A DNA stretch of 64,000 nucleotides from an uncultured Spirochaetota bacterium (GCA_963827275.1 CAWHAA010000006.1:224001-288000); one strand, 5' to 3'. Positions 33,103 through 43,832 are shown, counted from the first letter of the stretch. Notes: generated by a model from the letters alone, not told the origin. Numbers and translations: made by a program.

Positions 33103-34186
33103 AAATGTAAAAAGAATAGTCGTCAAGGTAGGCTCCTCGTCCGTGACGAAGAACGGCGTCATTTCCGGGTACAAGATTTCCGCAATTGTCAATGATGTCG
33201 CCGGCCTCGTCAGGCGCGGCTATCAGGTCGTTATCGTCACCTCCGGCGCCGTAACAACCGGCGCGGGTACCATGGGAAAACGCGTCAAAAATCTCACCAT
33301 CCCCGAAAAACAGGCCTGCGCAGCGGTGGGCCAGACCATTCTGATGAATGAATACCGGAACCGGTTCAAAAAACTCGATCTGCACGTCGGGCAGATCCTT
33401 CTCACCGAGGACGATGTCAGGCACCGCACGCGGTTCCTGAACGCCCGCCACACGCTAGAGACGCTTCTGCACCTCGGCATAGTCCCGATTGTCAATGAAA
33501 ATGATTCGGTGGCGGTCAATGAGATCAAATTCGGGGACAATGACATGCTCTCCGCGCATGTCGCGAGCCTCGTCAACGCGGAGCTGCTTATCCTTCTCTC
33601 CGACATCGACGGCTTTTACATGGACCTGGACGATCCCGAGCCGGTGGAGGAAATTTACGCCATCAACGAGCATATAATCGGTCGCGCCGGGGGCTCCGGC
33701 TCCGCGTACGGCACCGGCGGCATGATGTCAAAAATACGCGCGGCCGAGATTATTATCCGGTTCGGCGAAAAGATGGTCATCGCGAACGCGTCCACGAAGC
33801 GCGTGCTGAACAGGATCCTTGACGGCGAAAAGATTGGCACCATTTTTATCGGGAAAAACCGTCAACTCACCGGCAAAAAGAGATGGCTTGCGCTGCGCAA
33901 ACCCGCCGGCACGCTGGTGCTTGACGATGGCGCGGTAAAAGCGATACGAATCGGGAAGAAGTCCCTCCTTGCCTCCGGGATCATCAGCACCAGCGGCGAT
34001 TTCCGCATGGGCGACATCGTTGAGCTGTCGGGGCAGGACCGTAAAAAGATAGGCAAGGGGATCGTCAATTACAGCTCTGAAGAACTGGCGACAATAAAGG
34101 GCAAGAGGTCATCGGAGATAAAAAAGATCCTCAGCGATAATGTTTTCGACGAAGTCATCAACCGCGACAACCTGATCGTCTATTAA
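33080..34186 (+). CDS. proB: Glutamate 5-kinase with PUA domain
   Basis: VVKVGSS, AAVGQ, NEND, FGDND, GTGGM.SK; start taken as GTG 33080. Confidence 0.95.
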   Translation: MPRKNAVKNVKRIVVKVGSSSVTKNGVISGYKISAIVNDVAGLVRRGYQVVIVTSGAVTTGAGTMGKRVKNLTIPEKQACAAVGQTILMNEYRNRFKKLDLHVGQILLTEDDVRHRTRFLNARHTLETLLHLGIVPIVNENDSVAVNEIKFGDNDMLSAHVASLVNAELLILLSDIDGFYMDLDDPEPVEEIYAINEHIIGRAGGSGSAYGTGGMMSKIRAAEIIIRFGEKMVIANASTKRVLNRILDGEKIGTIFIGKNRQLTGKKRWLALRKPAGTLVLDDGAVKAIRIGKKSLLASGIISTSGDFRMGDIVELSGQDRKKIGKGIVNYSSEELATIKGKRSSEIKKILSDNVFDEVINRDNLIVY

Positions 34187-35721
34187 CCCCGCGTTTTATA
34201 ATACATTACTATCGATTCAACAAGGCCTTCAATAGTGTGCCGTTCAGCAGAAACATTGATCCGGTACCCGAGTTCGCGCGCCTTTTCCGCGGTAACGGGG
34301 CCGATCGCGGCGCAGGAAAAGGTGTCCGTATCGGCCATGGCGATTTTTTTGACAAGTTTGTCGAAATTCTGCACGGTGGATGAGCTGGTGAACGTGACCA
34401 TGTCAAACCGAGCATTTTTGATGGTCTCCCTGACAGCGGGGTCGTTGGAAAGGTCGTCTTCAACGGTACGGTACACGGTAATATCGTCGATCGCGGCTGC
34501 TCCACCGGCTTTGAGCCCCTCGGTCAGTTCGCGTGACGCGATATCGGCGCGCGGCAGCAGGAAGGACTTGCCGCTGACCTGGCCGGCGCCGGCAAGTGCG
34601 CTGAGTATTTCCGAGCTGATGAAACGCTCCGGCACCATGTCGGGCCTGATACCGTACGTTTTCAGCCGCTCGGCCGTTGCAGGGCCGATAGCGCAGACCC
34701 TGGCGCTGCCCAGCCTGCGCGCGTCAAATCCCAACTCGAAGAGGTACAGGAAGAAGTAATCAACGCCGTTTACCGAGGTGAAAATGATCCAGTCATACGT
34801 TCCTGCGCGCGTGATGGAATCGCGCATGCGGGGGGAATCCTCCGGGGCGACGGTCCGTATGACCGGAGTCTCTATCACGGACGCACCCAGCTCGGTGAGG
34901 CGAGACGTCAGCTCGGAGGCCTGTTCCCTCGACCTGGTCACCACGATTGATTTTCCGAACAGGGGACGCTTCTCGAACCAGTTTATCCTGTCGCGCAGCG
35001 CCACGACGCTCCCTATCACTATTATCGAGGGCGGTCGTATGCCGGCATTGTGCACCAGGCCGGCGATGGTCGCGAGAGTGCCGGCAACGGTGCGCTGGTG
35101 CGGCTGGCAGCCATTCTCAATTACCGCGGCAGGCGTGTCGGCACCGAGACCGTTTTGCCGCAGTTTCTCAATTATCAAAGGCAGGTTCTTTACACCCATC
35201 AGGAACACAAGGGTCTGCACGCCGGTCGCGAGCCTGTCCCACCGGATATCGCTTTCCAGCTTGGTCGGGTCTTCGTGCCCGGTTATGAAGGCGACAGAGG
35301 CGCTGTATCCGCGGTTGGTGACCGGTATACCCGCGCTGTTCGGCACTGCGAAAGCGGAGGATATGCCGCTGACAACTTCAAATTCGATCCCGTTCTCGGC
35401 GCAGAAGAGCGCCTCCTCTCCGCCGCGGCCGAATATGTACGGATCGCCGCCCTTCAGCCTGACGACCATCTTGCCCTCCCTGGCCTTATCGACGATGAGC
35501 CTGTTGATGTCTTCCTGTTCCATGGTATGCGACGCGCCGCTCTTGCCCACGTAGATTTTATCGCAATCCTCCGGCGCGAACGAGCGGATGATCCTGTCGT
35601 TCACCAGGTTGTCGTATATGAGGGTGTCGCATTTTTCAATCAGCTCTTTGCCCCGCAGCGTCAGGAGACCGATGTCACCGGGGCCGGCGCCGACCAGGTA
35701 AACCTTTCCGTTTTCGCTCAT
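34183..35721 (-). CDS. cobA/hemD: Fused uroporphyrinogen-III C-methyltransferase / uroporphyrinogen-III synthase
   Basis: LVGAGPGD, RLKGGDP..FGRGGEE; then VVTR...Q, FTSVNGV, AIGPAT, FTSSSTV. Confidence 0.94.
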   Translation of the reverse strand: MSENGKVYLVGAGPGDIGLLTLRGKELIEKCDTLIYDNLVNDRIIRSFAPEDCDKIYVGKSGASHTMEQEDINRLIVDKAREGKMVVRLKGGDPYIFGRGGEEALFCAENGIEFEVVSGISSAFAVPNSAGIPVTNRGYSASVAFITGHEDPTKLESDIRWDRLATGVQTLVFLMGVKNLPLIIEKLRQNGLGADTPAAVIENGCQPHQRTVAGTLATIAGLVHNAGIRPPSIIVIGSVVALRDRINWFEKRPLFGKSIVVTRSREQASELTSRLTELGASVIETPVIRTVAPEDSPRMRDSITRAGTYDWIIFTSVNGVDYFFLYLFELGFDARRLGSARVCAIGPATAERLKTYGIRPDMVPERFISSEILSALAGAGQVSGKSFLLPRADIASRELTEGLKAGGAAAIDDITVYRTVEDDLSNDPAVRETIKNARFDMVTFTSSSTVQNFDKLVKKIAMADTDTFSCAAIGPVTAEKARELGYRINVSAERHTIEGLVESIVMYYKTRG

Positions 35722-36650
35722 AGCTTTCTCCCGTATATCTGCTCGAGGATCTCCCGCGCGCCGTCATCAAGCAGCTCCCGCGCGCACCGCTGCGCCATCG
35801 CGTACATGCCTGAAACCGGTCCCGCGGCCGTCGTCCTGAATACTTTTGTTCCGTCAAGGCGCGCCACCATTCCGGTAAGGGTGACGGTATCGCCGTTCAC
35901 GCGGGCGAGAGCGGCTATCGGCACCTGGCACCCGCCGCCGAGCTCCGAGAGGAATGCCCGCTCACAGGTTATGGCGATCCTGCTCTCCCTGTCGTTCAGG
36001 GGCGCGATAATCGCTTCCATCGCGCTGTCGCCCTCGCGTATCTCTATGGCAAGGGACGCCTGGCCGACGGCCGGGAGGATGACCTCTTCCGGGACAGTCT
36101 CGGTCACGATACCGAGGTCTCCCAAACGCTCCAGGCCGGCACGCGCGAGGATGATCCCCTCAATGGCGGGATTTTCCTGCATCTTTTTCAGCCTCGACTG
36201 GACGTTTCCCCGCATATCAACAATATTCAGGCCTGGCATGAGCGCCATCACCTGCGCCCTGCGCCTGAGGCTGCCGGTAGCGATGGTATCGCCCGCCTGC
36301 AGCTCGCGCAGCTTCTTGCCGTTTCTCGAGATAAATACGTCCCCGGGGTCGAGCCGTTTCGTGACAGCCCCGATCTTCAGGCCGCGGGGCAGTTCCGTGG
36401 GCATGTCTTTCATGGAATGCACGGCAAGGTCAACCGATCCATCGAGGAGCTCCTTTTCGATCTCCTTGGTGAACAGGCCCTTGTCGCCGATCTTCGAGAG
36501 CGGCGCGTCGAGTATCCTGTCGCCGGTTGTTTTTATCGTGACGATTTCGATTTCGGCCCCCGGGTTCCGGGCTTGCAATTGATCGCGGACATGCTGGCTC
36601 TGGACAAGCGCAAGCCTGCTGCCCCGGGTACCGATTCTGATTGTTTTCAT
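35718..36650 (-). CDS. hemC: Hydroxymethylbilane synthase (porphobilinogen deaminase)
   Basis: IGTRGSRLAL.Q, KGLFTKE, VHSMKD, GGGCQVP. Confidence 0.97.
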   Translation of the reverse strand: MKTIRIGTRGSRLALVQSQHVRDQLQARNPGAEIEIVTIKTTGDRILDAPLSKIGDKGLFTKEIEKELLDGSVDLAVHSMKDMPTELPRGLKIGAVTKRLDPGDVFISRNGKKLRELQAGDTIATGSLRRRAQVMALMPGLNIVDMRGNVQSRLKKMQENPAIEGIILARAGLERLGDLGIVTETVPEEVILPAVGQASLAIEIREGDSAMEAIIAPLNDRESRIAITCERAFLSELGGGCQVPIAALARVNGDTVTLTGMVARLDGTKVFRTTAAGPVSGMYAMAQRCARELLDDGAREILEQIYGRKL

Positions 36651-36776
36651 ACCGTGCTAACGCCGTTAATACAGATCAAGTTAAAAAATATCATGCCATA
36701 TCATAGATATAACGGTTAATTTGTAAAGTATTCTTCATTCGGAGAATAATTACACAGTACCGGCCCGAGGTCAATA

Positions 36777-36792
36777 ATTGACCTGCGTCAAT
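36777..36792. promoter_or_regulatory. Crp/Fnr-family-like box in the divergent hemC/hemB promoter
   Basis: ATTGAC-CTGC-GTCAAT (TTGAC-N4-GTCAA); TATACT at 36812-36817; overlapping inverted repeat AGGTCAAT-A-ATTGACCT at 36768-36784. Confidence 0.55.
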
Positions 36793-36865
36793 GAAATAAA
36801 TTCTTGCCAAATATACTATTATTGTATGGAATTACCAGAACTATAGAATTGCGGGTAAAACAACC

Positions 36866-37837
36866 ATGCCAGGCAACCAGCGACCGCGCAGAAACAGAGC
36901 GTCCCACCTTATCCGTGACATGGTCGCGGAAACGGTGGTCGACAGGCGAAAACTCATCATGCCGCATTTCATCCTCGAAGGACAGCACCTGCGCGAGCAG
37001 ATAACGTCCATGCCGGGGATACACCGGGTCTCCTGCGACAACCTGCTCAAAGACATTGAAGCCGACTACAAGCTGGGTATCGACAAAATACTCCTCTTCG
37101 GCATACCTGACAAAAAAGACGAGCAGGCGAGCGGCGCCTACGACCGCAATGGCGTCGTTCAGCGCGCCCTCAGGGACATAAAGAAGCACCTTCCCGGCAT
37201 CCTGGTGATCACGGACGTGTGCCTCTGCGAATACATGTCTCACGGCCATTGCGGCGTGGTGGACAATGGAGAAATCCTGAACGACCCCTCCCTGGAGCTC
37301 CTGGCCCGTACCGCTCTCTCGCACGCTGAATCCGGCGCCGACATGGTCGCCCCATCGGACATGATGGACGGCAGGGTGCGCTCTATCCGGGCGAAGCTTG
37401 ACGCGGGCGGGTTTTACGACCTGCCGATTCTCGCGTACTCGGCGAAATACGCGTCGGCGTTTTACGGGCCGTTCCGCGAAGCGGCGGGCAGCGCGCCGCA
37501 GTTCGGCGACCGCAGCAGCTACCAGATGGACTGCCGCAACACGATTGAAGCTGAAATGGAAGTGCTGCTCGATATCGAGGAAGGCGCTGATATTGTCATG
37601 GTGAAGCCCGCGCTGTCCTACCTCGACGTCATCTACCGCGTGCGTCATATCGCCCGCGTTCCCCTGTGCGCCTATAACGTGAGCGGCGAATATGCCATGG
37701 TCAAGGCCATGGGCAAGCTCGGGTACGGAGACGAAGAGCGGCTGACCAGGGAGGTGGTCACGTCGATATTCAGGGCAGGCGCCGACATGGTCATATCGTA
37801 TCATACCCGCGATATCTACAGGAATGACTGGCTCTGA
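36866..37837 (+). CDS. hemB: Porphobilinogen synthase (ALA dehydratase)
   Basis: DVCLCEY..HGHCG, APSDMMDGR, YGPFREA, VMVKPA. Confidence 0.97.
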   Translation: MPGNQRPRRNRASHLIRDMVAETVVDRRKLIMPHFILEGQHLREQITSMPGIHRVSCDNLLKDIEADYKLGIDKILLFGIPDKKDEQASGAYDRNGVVQRALRDIKKHLPGILVITDVCLCEYMSHGHCGVVDNGEILNDPSLELLARTALSHAESGADMVAPSDMMDGRVRSIRAKLDAGGFYDLPILAYSAKYASAFYGPFREAAGSAPQFGDRSSYQMDCRNTIEAEMEVLLDIEEGADIVMVKPALSYLDVIYRVRHIARVPLCAYNVSGEYAMVKAMGKLGYGDEERLTREVVTSIFRAGADMVISYHTRDIYRNDWL

Positions 37838-37838
37838 G

Positions 37839-39131
37839 ATGATCATCGAAAAATCAAAAAAGCTCTATAAAAAAGCGCTGCGCCTTATGCCGGGAGGGGT
37901 GAGCTCGCCGGTCCGGGCCTTCAGGGCCGTCGGCGGGGACCCGCTCTACATAAAAAAAGGGAGCGGCTCGCGCATGCAGGACGAGGACGGCAATGAATTC
38001 ATTGACTACTGCATGTCCTGGGGCCCCCTCATTCTCGGCCATGCTGATCCGGACGTAATCAGCGCCGTCAGGAAGACCGCCAAAAACGGCACGAGCTTCG
38101 GCACTTCCAGCAAGTACGAGGTCCAGCTGGCAAAGCTCATCACCGGTCGTTTCCCCTCTGTCGATATGGTGCGCTTCGTAAACTCCGGCACCGAGGCGGT
38201 CATGAGCGCGATCAGGCTTGCCCGCGGCCACACGGGCAGGGAAAAGATCATCAAGTTTGACGGGTGCTATCACGGACACGCCGACCAGATGCTCGTTGCC
38301 GCAGGCTCCGGCCTGGCCACCTTCGGGACGCCGGATTCCGCCGGCGTCACCGCCGGGGCGGCGAACGATACCATCGTGGCCCCATTCAACGACATCGAAG
38401 CGCTTGCCGCCATTCTCGCGAAGGAGCATGCCTCCGTGGCGGCGGTTATCATGGAGCCGGTCCCGTGCAACTACGGGCTCATCATGCCGAAAAAGGAATT
38501 TTTACGTGAGGTGAGGGCGCTCTGCGACAGGCACGGGGTGCTCCTCATATTCGACGAGGTGATAACCGGCTTCCGGCTCGCACCTGGCGGGGCGCAGGAA
38601 TACTTCGGCGTGAAGGCGGATATCACCACCATGGGCAAGATCATCGGCGGCGGGCTCCCCGTGGGCGCGTACGGGGCGTCACGCACGATCATGAAGAACA
38701 TCTCGCCCCTGGGAAAGGTTTACCAGGCAGGCACGCTTTCCGGGAACCCCCTCGCGATGGTCGCAGGCATCCATACGCTTAAAAAGCTTGAAAAGGCTGA
38801 CGGCTACAATACGTTGCGAGAGAAGGGACGGCTCCTGGATGCCGCCCTGCAGCCGATACTCGCTCCATACAAGGGCCGGGTCCTCTACACCAGGCTCGAA
38901 TCCATATTTGCAATTAATTTCACCGCTGCCGCCGCCATTGATTCGCTTGACGGGATACGTGCATGCGATATGAATGCCTTTTCGGCCTTCCACCGGGGAA
39001 TGCTCGCCCGGGGCGTCTATCTTGCGCCCTCCGGCTACGAGGTGGGGTTCCTCTCGACGGCGCATACCGAGGACGATATTGCGGCAACCGCCCGTGCCGC
39101 CGCAGAGACGCTGGAACAAATGTTTCGATAA
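37839..39131 (+). CDS. hemL: Glutamate-1-semialdehyde 2,1-aminomutase
   Basis: PGGVSSPVRAF, NSGTEA, GCYHGH, FDEVITGFR, GKIIGGG. Confidence 0.97.
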   Translation: MIIEKSKKLYKKALRLMPGGVSSPVRAFRAVGGDPLYIKKGSGSRMQDEDGNEFIDYCMSWGPLILGHADPDVISAVRKTAKNGTSFGTSSKYEVQLAKLITGRFPSVDMVRFVNSGTEAVMSAIRLARGHTGREKIIKFDGCYHGHADQMLVAAGSGLATFGTPDSAGVTAGAANDTIVAPFNDIEALAAILAKEHASVAAVIMEPVPCNYGLIMPKKEFLREVRALCDRHGVLLIFDEVITGFRLAPGGAQEYFGVKADITTMGKIIGGGLPVGAYGASRTIMKNISPLGKVYQAGTLSGNPLAMVAGIHTLKKLEKADGYNTLREKGRLLDAALQPILAPYKGRVLYTRLESIFAINFTAAAAIDSLDGIRACDMNAFSAFHRGMLARGVYLAPSGYEVGFLSTAHTEDDIAATARAAAETLEQMFR

Positions 39132-39143
39132 GACGAAGGGACC

Positions 39144-40457
39144 ATGAACAGGCGAGACGAAATATCAGAGATCATACTGGTTGGATTGAGCTACAAGACC
39201 GCCCCCCTCGAGATACGGGAGAAATTCACCTTTGACGGTGACCTCCTGAAGCGGTTCCATGAAAAGGCCAAAGCCTCGGGCATCAATGAGATCGTATACC
39301 TCGCCACCTGCAACCGCGTGGAGATCTATTTCACGGCCCATGATATCCAGCGCTCGATCGAGCGGCTCACGGGAATACTCGAGGAATTCACCGGCCTCAC
39401 GATGGAAAAATTTTCCCAGTACATTTACAAAAAATATTCCCGGGATGTGGTGCTTCACCTCCTGACCGTGGCATCGTCCCTCGATTCAATGGTCATCGGC
39501 GAAAACGAGATACTCGGCCAGCTGAAGCAGGCGTACCGGGACTCGGTGCTTCATCAAAACAGCGGCATATTGCTCAACCGGCTCTTCCACCAGTCCTTCA
39601 ATACGGCGAAAAAGGTACGTACGGAAACGGGAATAGCACAGAACCCGCTGTCGATCGCTTTCATCGCGGTGGAAAAAGCGCGGGAAATGTTCAACGGCGA
39701 TCTCTCGCAGCGTTCGGCCCTGCTCATCGGAGCGGGGGAGATGGGCGAGCTGATCCTGAAATACCTTACAAAAAACAATATCAGGGACATCACCATAGCG
39801 AACAGGTCCATTCCAAACGCGGAGACCATTGTCGAGCGGATCAACAAGTGCGCCCATATCGTTCCGCTGGGCGAAATATCGACGGTCGCGTCTCAGGTTG
39901 ATATCATTATCACCTCGGTCACGTGCCATGACTACCTGCTGACTTACCCCCTGATACGGTCAATGATGGAGAAGAGGAGTGACCGGCCGCTCTTCATGAT
40001 CGATATAGCGGTGCCGCGGAACGTCGATCCCGATGTCGCCTCAATTGACAACGTCACCCTCTATAACATAGACGACCTCAAGACCATTGCGGACGAAAAT
40101 TTAAAGAACAGGCTCAACGAAGTCGAGGCGGCGATGCGGATCGTCCACTCCGACGCGGACGAGATGATCGAGTGGTACGAAGGCCTCGAGATGGTGCCGA
40201 TGATCGTCCATATACAGGAGAGCTTCGATAAAATCAGGGAGCAGGAGCTGTCAAAGTGCCGGCGGCGGCAGTTAAAGCACCTGTCAGACGAAGAATTCCA
40301 GCATATTGACGATCTTACGAGGCAGATTATATCAAAAATATTACACAACCCGATAATGACCATTAAAAAGAACAAGGCGCTGCACATCGACGGGTACCAC
40401 GATACGGAGGAGATCAAGCAGAAGATCAAGATTATCGAGGAACTCTTCAAGATATGA
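39144..40457 (+). CDS. hemA: Glutamyl-tRNA reductase
   Basis: TCNRVE, SLDSMVIGENEILGQ, IGAGEM, DIAVPR. Confidence 0.96.
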   Translation: MNRRDEISEIILVGLSYKTAPLEIREKFTFDGDLLKRFHEKAKASGINEIVYLATCNRVEIYFTAHDIQRSIERLTGILEEFTGLTMEKFSQYIYKKYSRDVVLHLLTVASSLDSMVIGENEILGQLKQAYRDSVLHQNSGILLNRLFHQSFNTAKKVRTETGIAQNPLSIAFIAVEKAREMFNGDLSQRSALLIGAGEMGELILKYLTKNNIRDITIANRSIPNAETIVERINKCAHIVPLGEISTVASQVDIIITSVTCHDYLLTYPLIRSMMEKRSDRPLFMIDIAVPRNVDPDVASIDNVTLYNIDDLKTIADENLKNRLNEVEAAMRIVHSDADEMIEWYEGLEMVPMIVHIQESFDKIREQELSKCRRRQLKHLSDEEFQHIDDLTRQIISKILHNPIMTIKKNKALHIDGYHDTEEIKQKIKIIEELFKI

Positions 40458-41518
40458 AGATGGAAAATATCCCCAGGCTGATATTCTGGGAATTGACGAA
40501 AGAATGCAACCTCCATTGCATCCACTGCCGTGCTGAAGCCGAAAGCGCCCGTTTTGAAGGCGAGCTCTCGCTTGGCGATATCCAGCGCGTCATACAGGAC
40601 ATAGCATCGCGCTATAAACCGATCCTTGTCCTCACCGGCGGCGAGCCGCTTTACCGGAAAGACATCTTCGAGATAGCCGGGGCAGCGCGGGACGCCGGCC
40701 TTCCCACCGCGCTCGCGTCAAACGGCACGCTCATAGACGCGCCGATCGCTTCCAGGATCAAACATGCCGGCATCCGCCGCGTGAGCATTTCAATTGACGG
40801 GAGCAGTGCCGCCGCCCATGACGATTTCCGCGGTATTCCCGGCTCCTTCGAGCAGGCACTGCGCGGCATACGCCATCTCCGGGACGCCGGCGTCGAATTC
40901 CAGATCAATACCACGGTATCGAGAAGAAACGCCGACGATATCGAAAAGATCCTCGCGCTTGCGGAGGACCTGGGCGCCAGGGCACTCCATATATTCATGC
41001 TTGTCCCCGTGGGCTGCGGTGTCGAGATCGCCGAGTCGGAGATGATATCCAAGGAAAAATACGAAAGCTTGTTAAACTGGTTCTATGACAGGTCAAGGGA
41101 AACGGCACTCGAGCTGAAAGCGACCTGCGCGCCGCACTATTACCGCATCATGCGCCAGCGCGCCCACGCGGAAGGAAGGACGATTTCATACGAGCAGGAC
41201 GGGATGTCCGCGATGACGCGGGGGTGCCTCGCCGGGACCGGCGTATGCTTCATCTCGCACCGGGGGGATGTCCAGCCATGCGGCTACCTCCCGCTCGTCG
41301 CGGGAAACGTCCTCAAACGCCCCTTCGCGGAGATATGGGAATCCTCTGAATTATTCGTTTCACTGAGGGACCTCGGCAACCTCACCGGGAAATGCGGCGT
41401 TTGCGAATACCGCTCGTCGTGCGCCGGGTGCAGGGCGCGGGCCTTCTATGAAACAGGGGACTACCTGTCCGACGAACCCTACTGTGTGTATATCCCCGCG
41501 AGGACGAAATCCCGATGA
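40454..41518 (+). CDS. ahbD: Radical SAM heme b synthase
   Basis: PRLIFWELTKECNLHCIHCRA, KATCAPHYYR, GCLAG, SPASM C..C...C.GCRARA. Confidence 0.85.
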   Translation: MKMENIPRLIFWELTKECNLHCIHCRAEAESARFEGELSLGDIQRVIQDIASRYKPILVLTGGEPLYRKDIFEIAGAARDAGLPTALASNGTLIDAPIASRIKHAGIRRVSISIDGSSAAAHDDFRGIPGSFEQALRGIRHLRDAGVEFQINTTVSRRNADDIEKILALAEDLGARALHIFMLVPVGCGVEIAESEMISKEKYESLLNWFYDRSRETALELKATCAPHYYRIMRQRAHAEGRTISYEQDGMSAMTRGCLAGTGVCFISHRGDVQPCGYLPLVAGNVLKRPFAEIWESSELFVSLRDLGNLTGKCGVCEYRSSCAGCRARAFYETGDYLSDEPYCVYIPARTKSR

Positions 41519-42564
41519 ACTTCACCGCACTCGAGGCACGGATCCTTGACAGGATCCAGCGCGATTTCCCCTCTACCGCCACCCCCCTGGCGGACATGGC
41601 CGTCGAGCTCGGGATGCCGGAACGCGACTTTCTATCCTCCCTCGGAGAGCTCAAGTCGGACGGTATCGTGCGAAACATATCCGGGATTTTCAATGCCTCC
41701 CGCCTCGGGTACGCATCCTGTCTTGTGGCCTTTATCGTGCCGGAAAAAGGCATTGAGCAGGCGGCTGCGCAGATAAATATGCATCCCGGTGTGAGCCATA
41801 ACTACCTGAGGGACCACCATTACAATATATGGTTTACCATAGCATCCGATTCAGAAAAAAGGCTTGATGAGACCGTAAAAATCCTTGCCGGGAGATGCGG
41901 CGCTTCGGATTATATTCAGCTCAGGAACGAACGGCTCATCAAGATCGGCCTGATGCTGCCTGTCGGCGAATCAGGCGGCCCTGAAGCGTCCCCTGCGGCC
42001 GTATCAGAGCATGACACGGATACAGCGGAGCCAGCTGACCGGGCATACGATTTTTCTGACAGGGAAAAGGAATCCATCAGGCTTTTACAGATGGACCTGC
42101 CGATAGAGGAGGAACCGTTCGTCGTCCTTCTGAAATCCGCCGGAAGCGCCATCGGGGCTGATGCGCTTGTTGAGGACATGATAAAATTCAAGAAACATAA
42201 AATACTTCGCCGCTATTCCGGCGTGCTGCGCCACAGAAAGGCCGGGTACCGGTCAAATGCCATGACCGTATGGAAGCCGGTGAAAGACGCTGATATGTCC
42301 CGGATTTCAGAAGTTTTTTCCCGGGTACCTTCCATATCGCACCTCTATCTCCGGACCGTGCATCCCGGCAGGTGGGAATATCCGCTGTTTGCCATGATAC
42401 ACGCCCGTTCTGACGGAGAGCTGGAAGGCATCACTGAAAAACTGGCGCGTGAATCGGGGATTTCAGACTACAGGTCCCTCAGAACACTGAAGGAATTCAA
42501 GAAAGAGCGCGTCGTCTATTATTCACCACATTTCAAGGAATGGGACCGCCAGGCGGGATTATGA
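41515..42564 (+). CDS. ahbAB: Siroheme decarboxylase, fused AhbA-AhbB (Lrp/AsnC-like)
   Basis: IQRDFP...GVSHNYLR...NIWFT (AhbA), then LQMDLP...LRHRKAGY..NAM.VW...SHLYLR...W.Y.LFAMIH (AhbB). Confidence 0.88.
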   Translation: MNFTALEARILDRIQRDFPSTATPLADMAVELGMPERDFLSSLGELKSDGIVRNISGIFNASRLGYASCLVAFIVPEKGIEQAAAQINMHPGVSHNYLRDHHYNIWFTIASDSEKRLDETVKILAGRCGASDYIQLRNERLIKIGLMLPVGESGGPEASPAAVSEHDTDTAEPADRAYDFSDREKESIRLLQMDLPIEEEPFVVLLKSAGSAIGADALVEDMIKFKKHKILRRYSGVLRHRKAGYRSNAMTVWKPVKDADMSRISEVFSRVPSISHLYLRTVHPGRWEYPLFAMIHARSDGELEGITEKLARESGISDYRSLRTLKEFKKERVVYYSPHFKEWDRQAGL

Positions 42565-43832
42565 TCGATATAGGAAAACTTTACTGCGGCGGCACATCAA
42601 CCGGTGATTCGCTCCGGTACGGGACAACGGCCGGCCCCGACTGCCACGGAAACCGGCCCCATGAACCGGTCCGGCTGGCGTCGGAGCGCAGGCCAATCGT
42701 GGTGTGGAGCACGACGCGCACCTGCAACCTCAAGTGCGTCCATTGCTACACCGATTCGTGCAATACGAAGTACGAGGGGGAGCTGACGACCGATGAAGCG
42801 CGCTCCATGATCCGTGATCTTGCCGGGTTTAAAATACCTTCGCTCCTTTTTTCCGGCGGCGAGCCGCTCATGCGGAAGGACCTCCTCTCACTGATCGAGT
42901 TTGCCGCCAACAACGGTATCCGCCCGGTCCTCTCCACAAACGGGACGCTCATCGACCGTCAGACCGCGCAGAGCCTGAAAGACGCGGGAATAGTCTACGT
43001 CGGGATAAGCCTTGACGGCATGGAAGAGGTGAATGACCTTTTCCGCGGGGTTACGGGCGCCTACAGCAAGGCCATGAAGGGCTTTGAGAACTGCACCGCG
43101 GTAGGCCAGAGGGTCGGCCTGCGACTTACCCTGACAAAGCGCAATTATGCCGACCTCAATCGCATTTTTGACTTCATAGAAAAAGAGAGCATCAACCGTG
43201 CGTGCTTCTACCACCTCGTTTATTCCGGCAGGGGAGGGGAGATGCATAAAGACGACCTCACCCACCGCGAATCGCGCGACGCAATGGACATCATCCTTGC
43301 CCGGACCGATGATTTTTTCAGGCGCGGCCTCGACATCAATATTCTGACGGTCGACAACCACGCTGACGGCGTGTATCTCTACCTCAAGCTGAAGGAACGC
43401 GGCAGCAGCAAGGCGGACGAAGTCCACCGGCTCCTTTCATGGAACGGCGGCGCAGCATTTTCATCCGGCGTGGGAATAGCAAACATTGATTTTTTCGGCA
43501 ACGTCCACCCGGACCAGTTCTGGCAGGACTATACGTTCGGGAACGTGCGTGAGCGCAATTTCGGAGATATATGGATGGATGAGGGCGATCCGCTCATGCG
43601 CGGGCTCAAGCACAAGGCGGACTACATACGCGGGCGCTGCAGGCTGTGCCGCTACCGCGACCTGTGCACCGGCTCAATGCGGGTGCGCGCTTTCAGAACA
43701 TACGATGATCCGTGGGCGCCTGACCCGCAGTGCTACCTGACAGATGATGAGATCGGCATCGACGCGGAACAACGCGCCAGGCTCGAACGCGACGGCGAAC
43801 GCTACGACATGCCGGAGGAGCTGACACGATAG
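42561..43832 (+). CDS. ahbC: Radical SAM 12,18-didecarboxysiroheme deacetylase (Fe-coproporphyrin synthase)
   Basis: IGKLYCG...LRYG, PIVVW.TTRTCNLKCVHCY, CFYHLVYSGRG, LTVDNHADG, HPDQFW. Confidence 0.88.
   Translation: MIDIGKLYCGGTSTGDSLRYGTTAGPDCHGNRPHEPVRLASERRPIVVWSTTRTCNLKCVHCYTDSCNTKYEGELTTDEARSMIRDLAGFKIPSLLFSGGEPLMRKDLLSLIEFAANNGIRPVLSTNGTLIDRQTAQSLKDAGIVYVGISLDGMEEVNDLFRGVTGAYSKAMKGFENCTAVGQRVGLRLTLTKRNYADLNRIFDFIEKESINRACFYHLVYSGRGGEMHKDDLTHRESRDAMDIILARTDDFFRRGLDINILTVDNHADGVYLYLKLKERGSSKADEVHRLLSWNGGAAFSSGVGIANIDFFGNVHPDQFWQDYTFGNVRERNFGDIWMDEGDPLMRGLKHKADYIRGRCRLCRYRDLCTGSMRVRAFRTYDDPWAPDPQCYLTDDEIGIDAEQRARLERDGERYDMPEELTR

Noticed and set aside
35050..36582. 510-aa plus-strand ORF, and many other long antisense ORFs (e.g. 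36788..37846, 19424..20347)
   Set aside because: They are shadows of well-supported genes on the opposite strand in GC-rich coding DNA and show no recognisable motifs.
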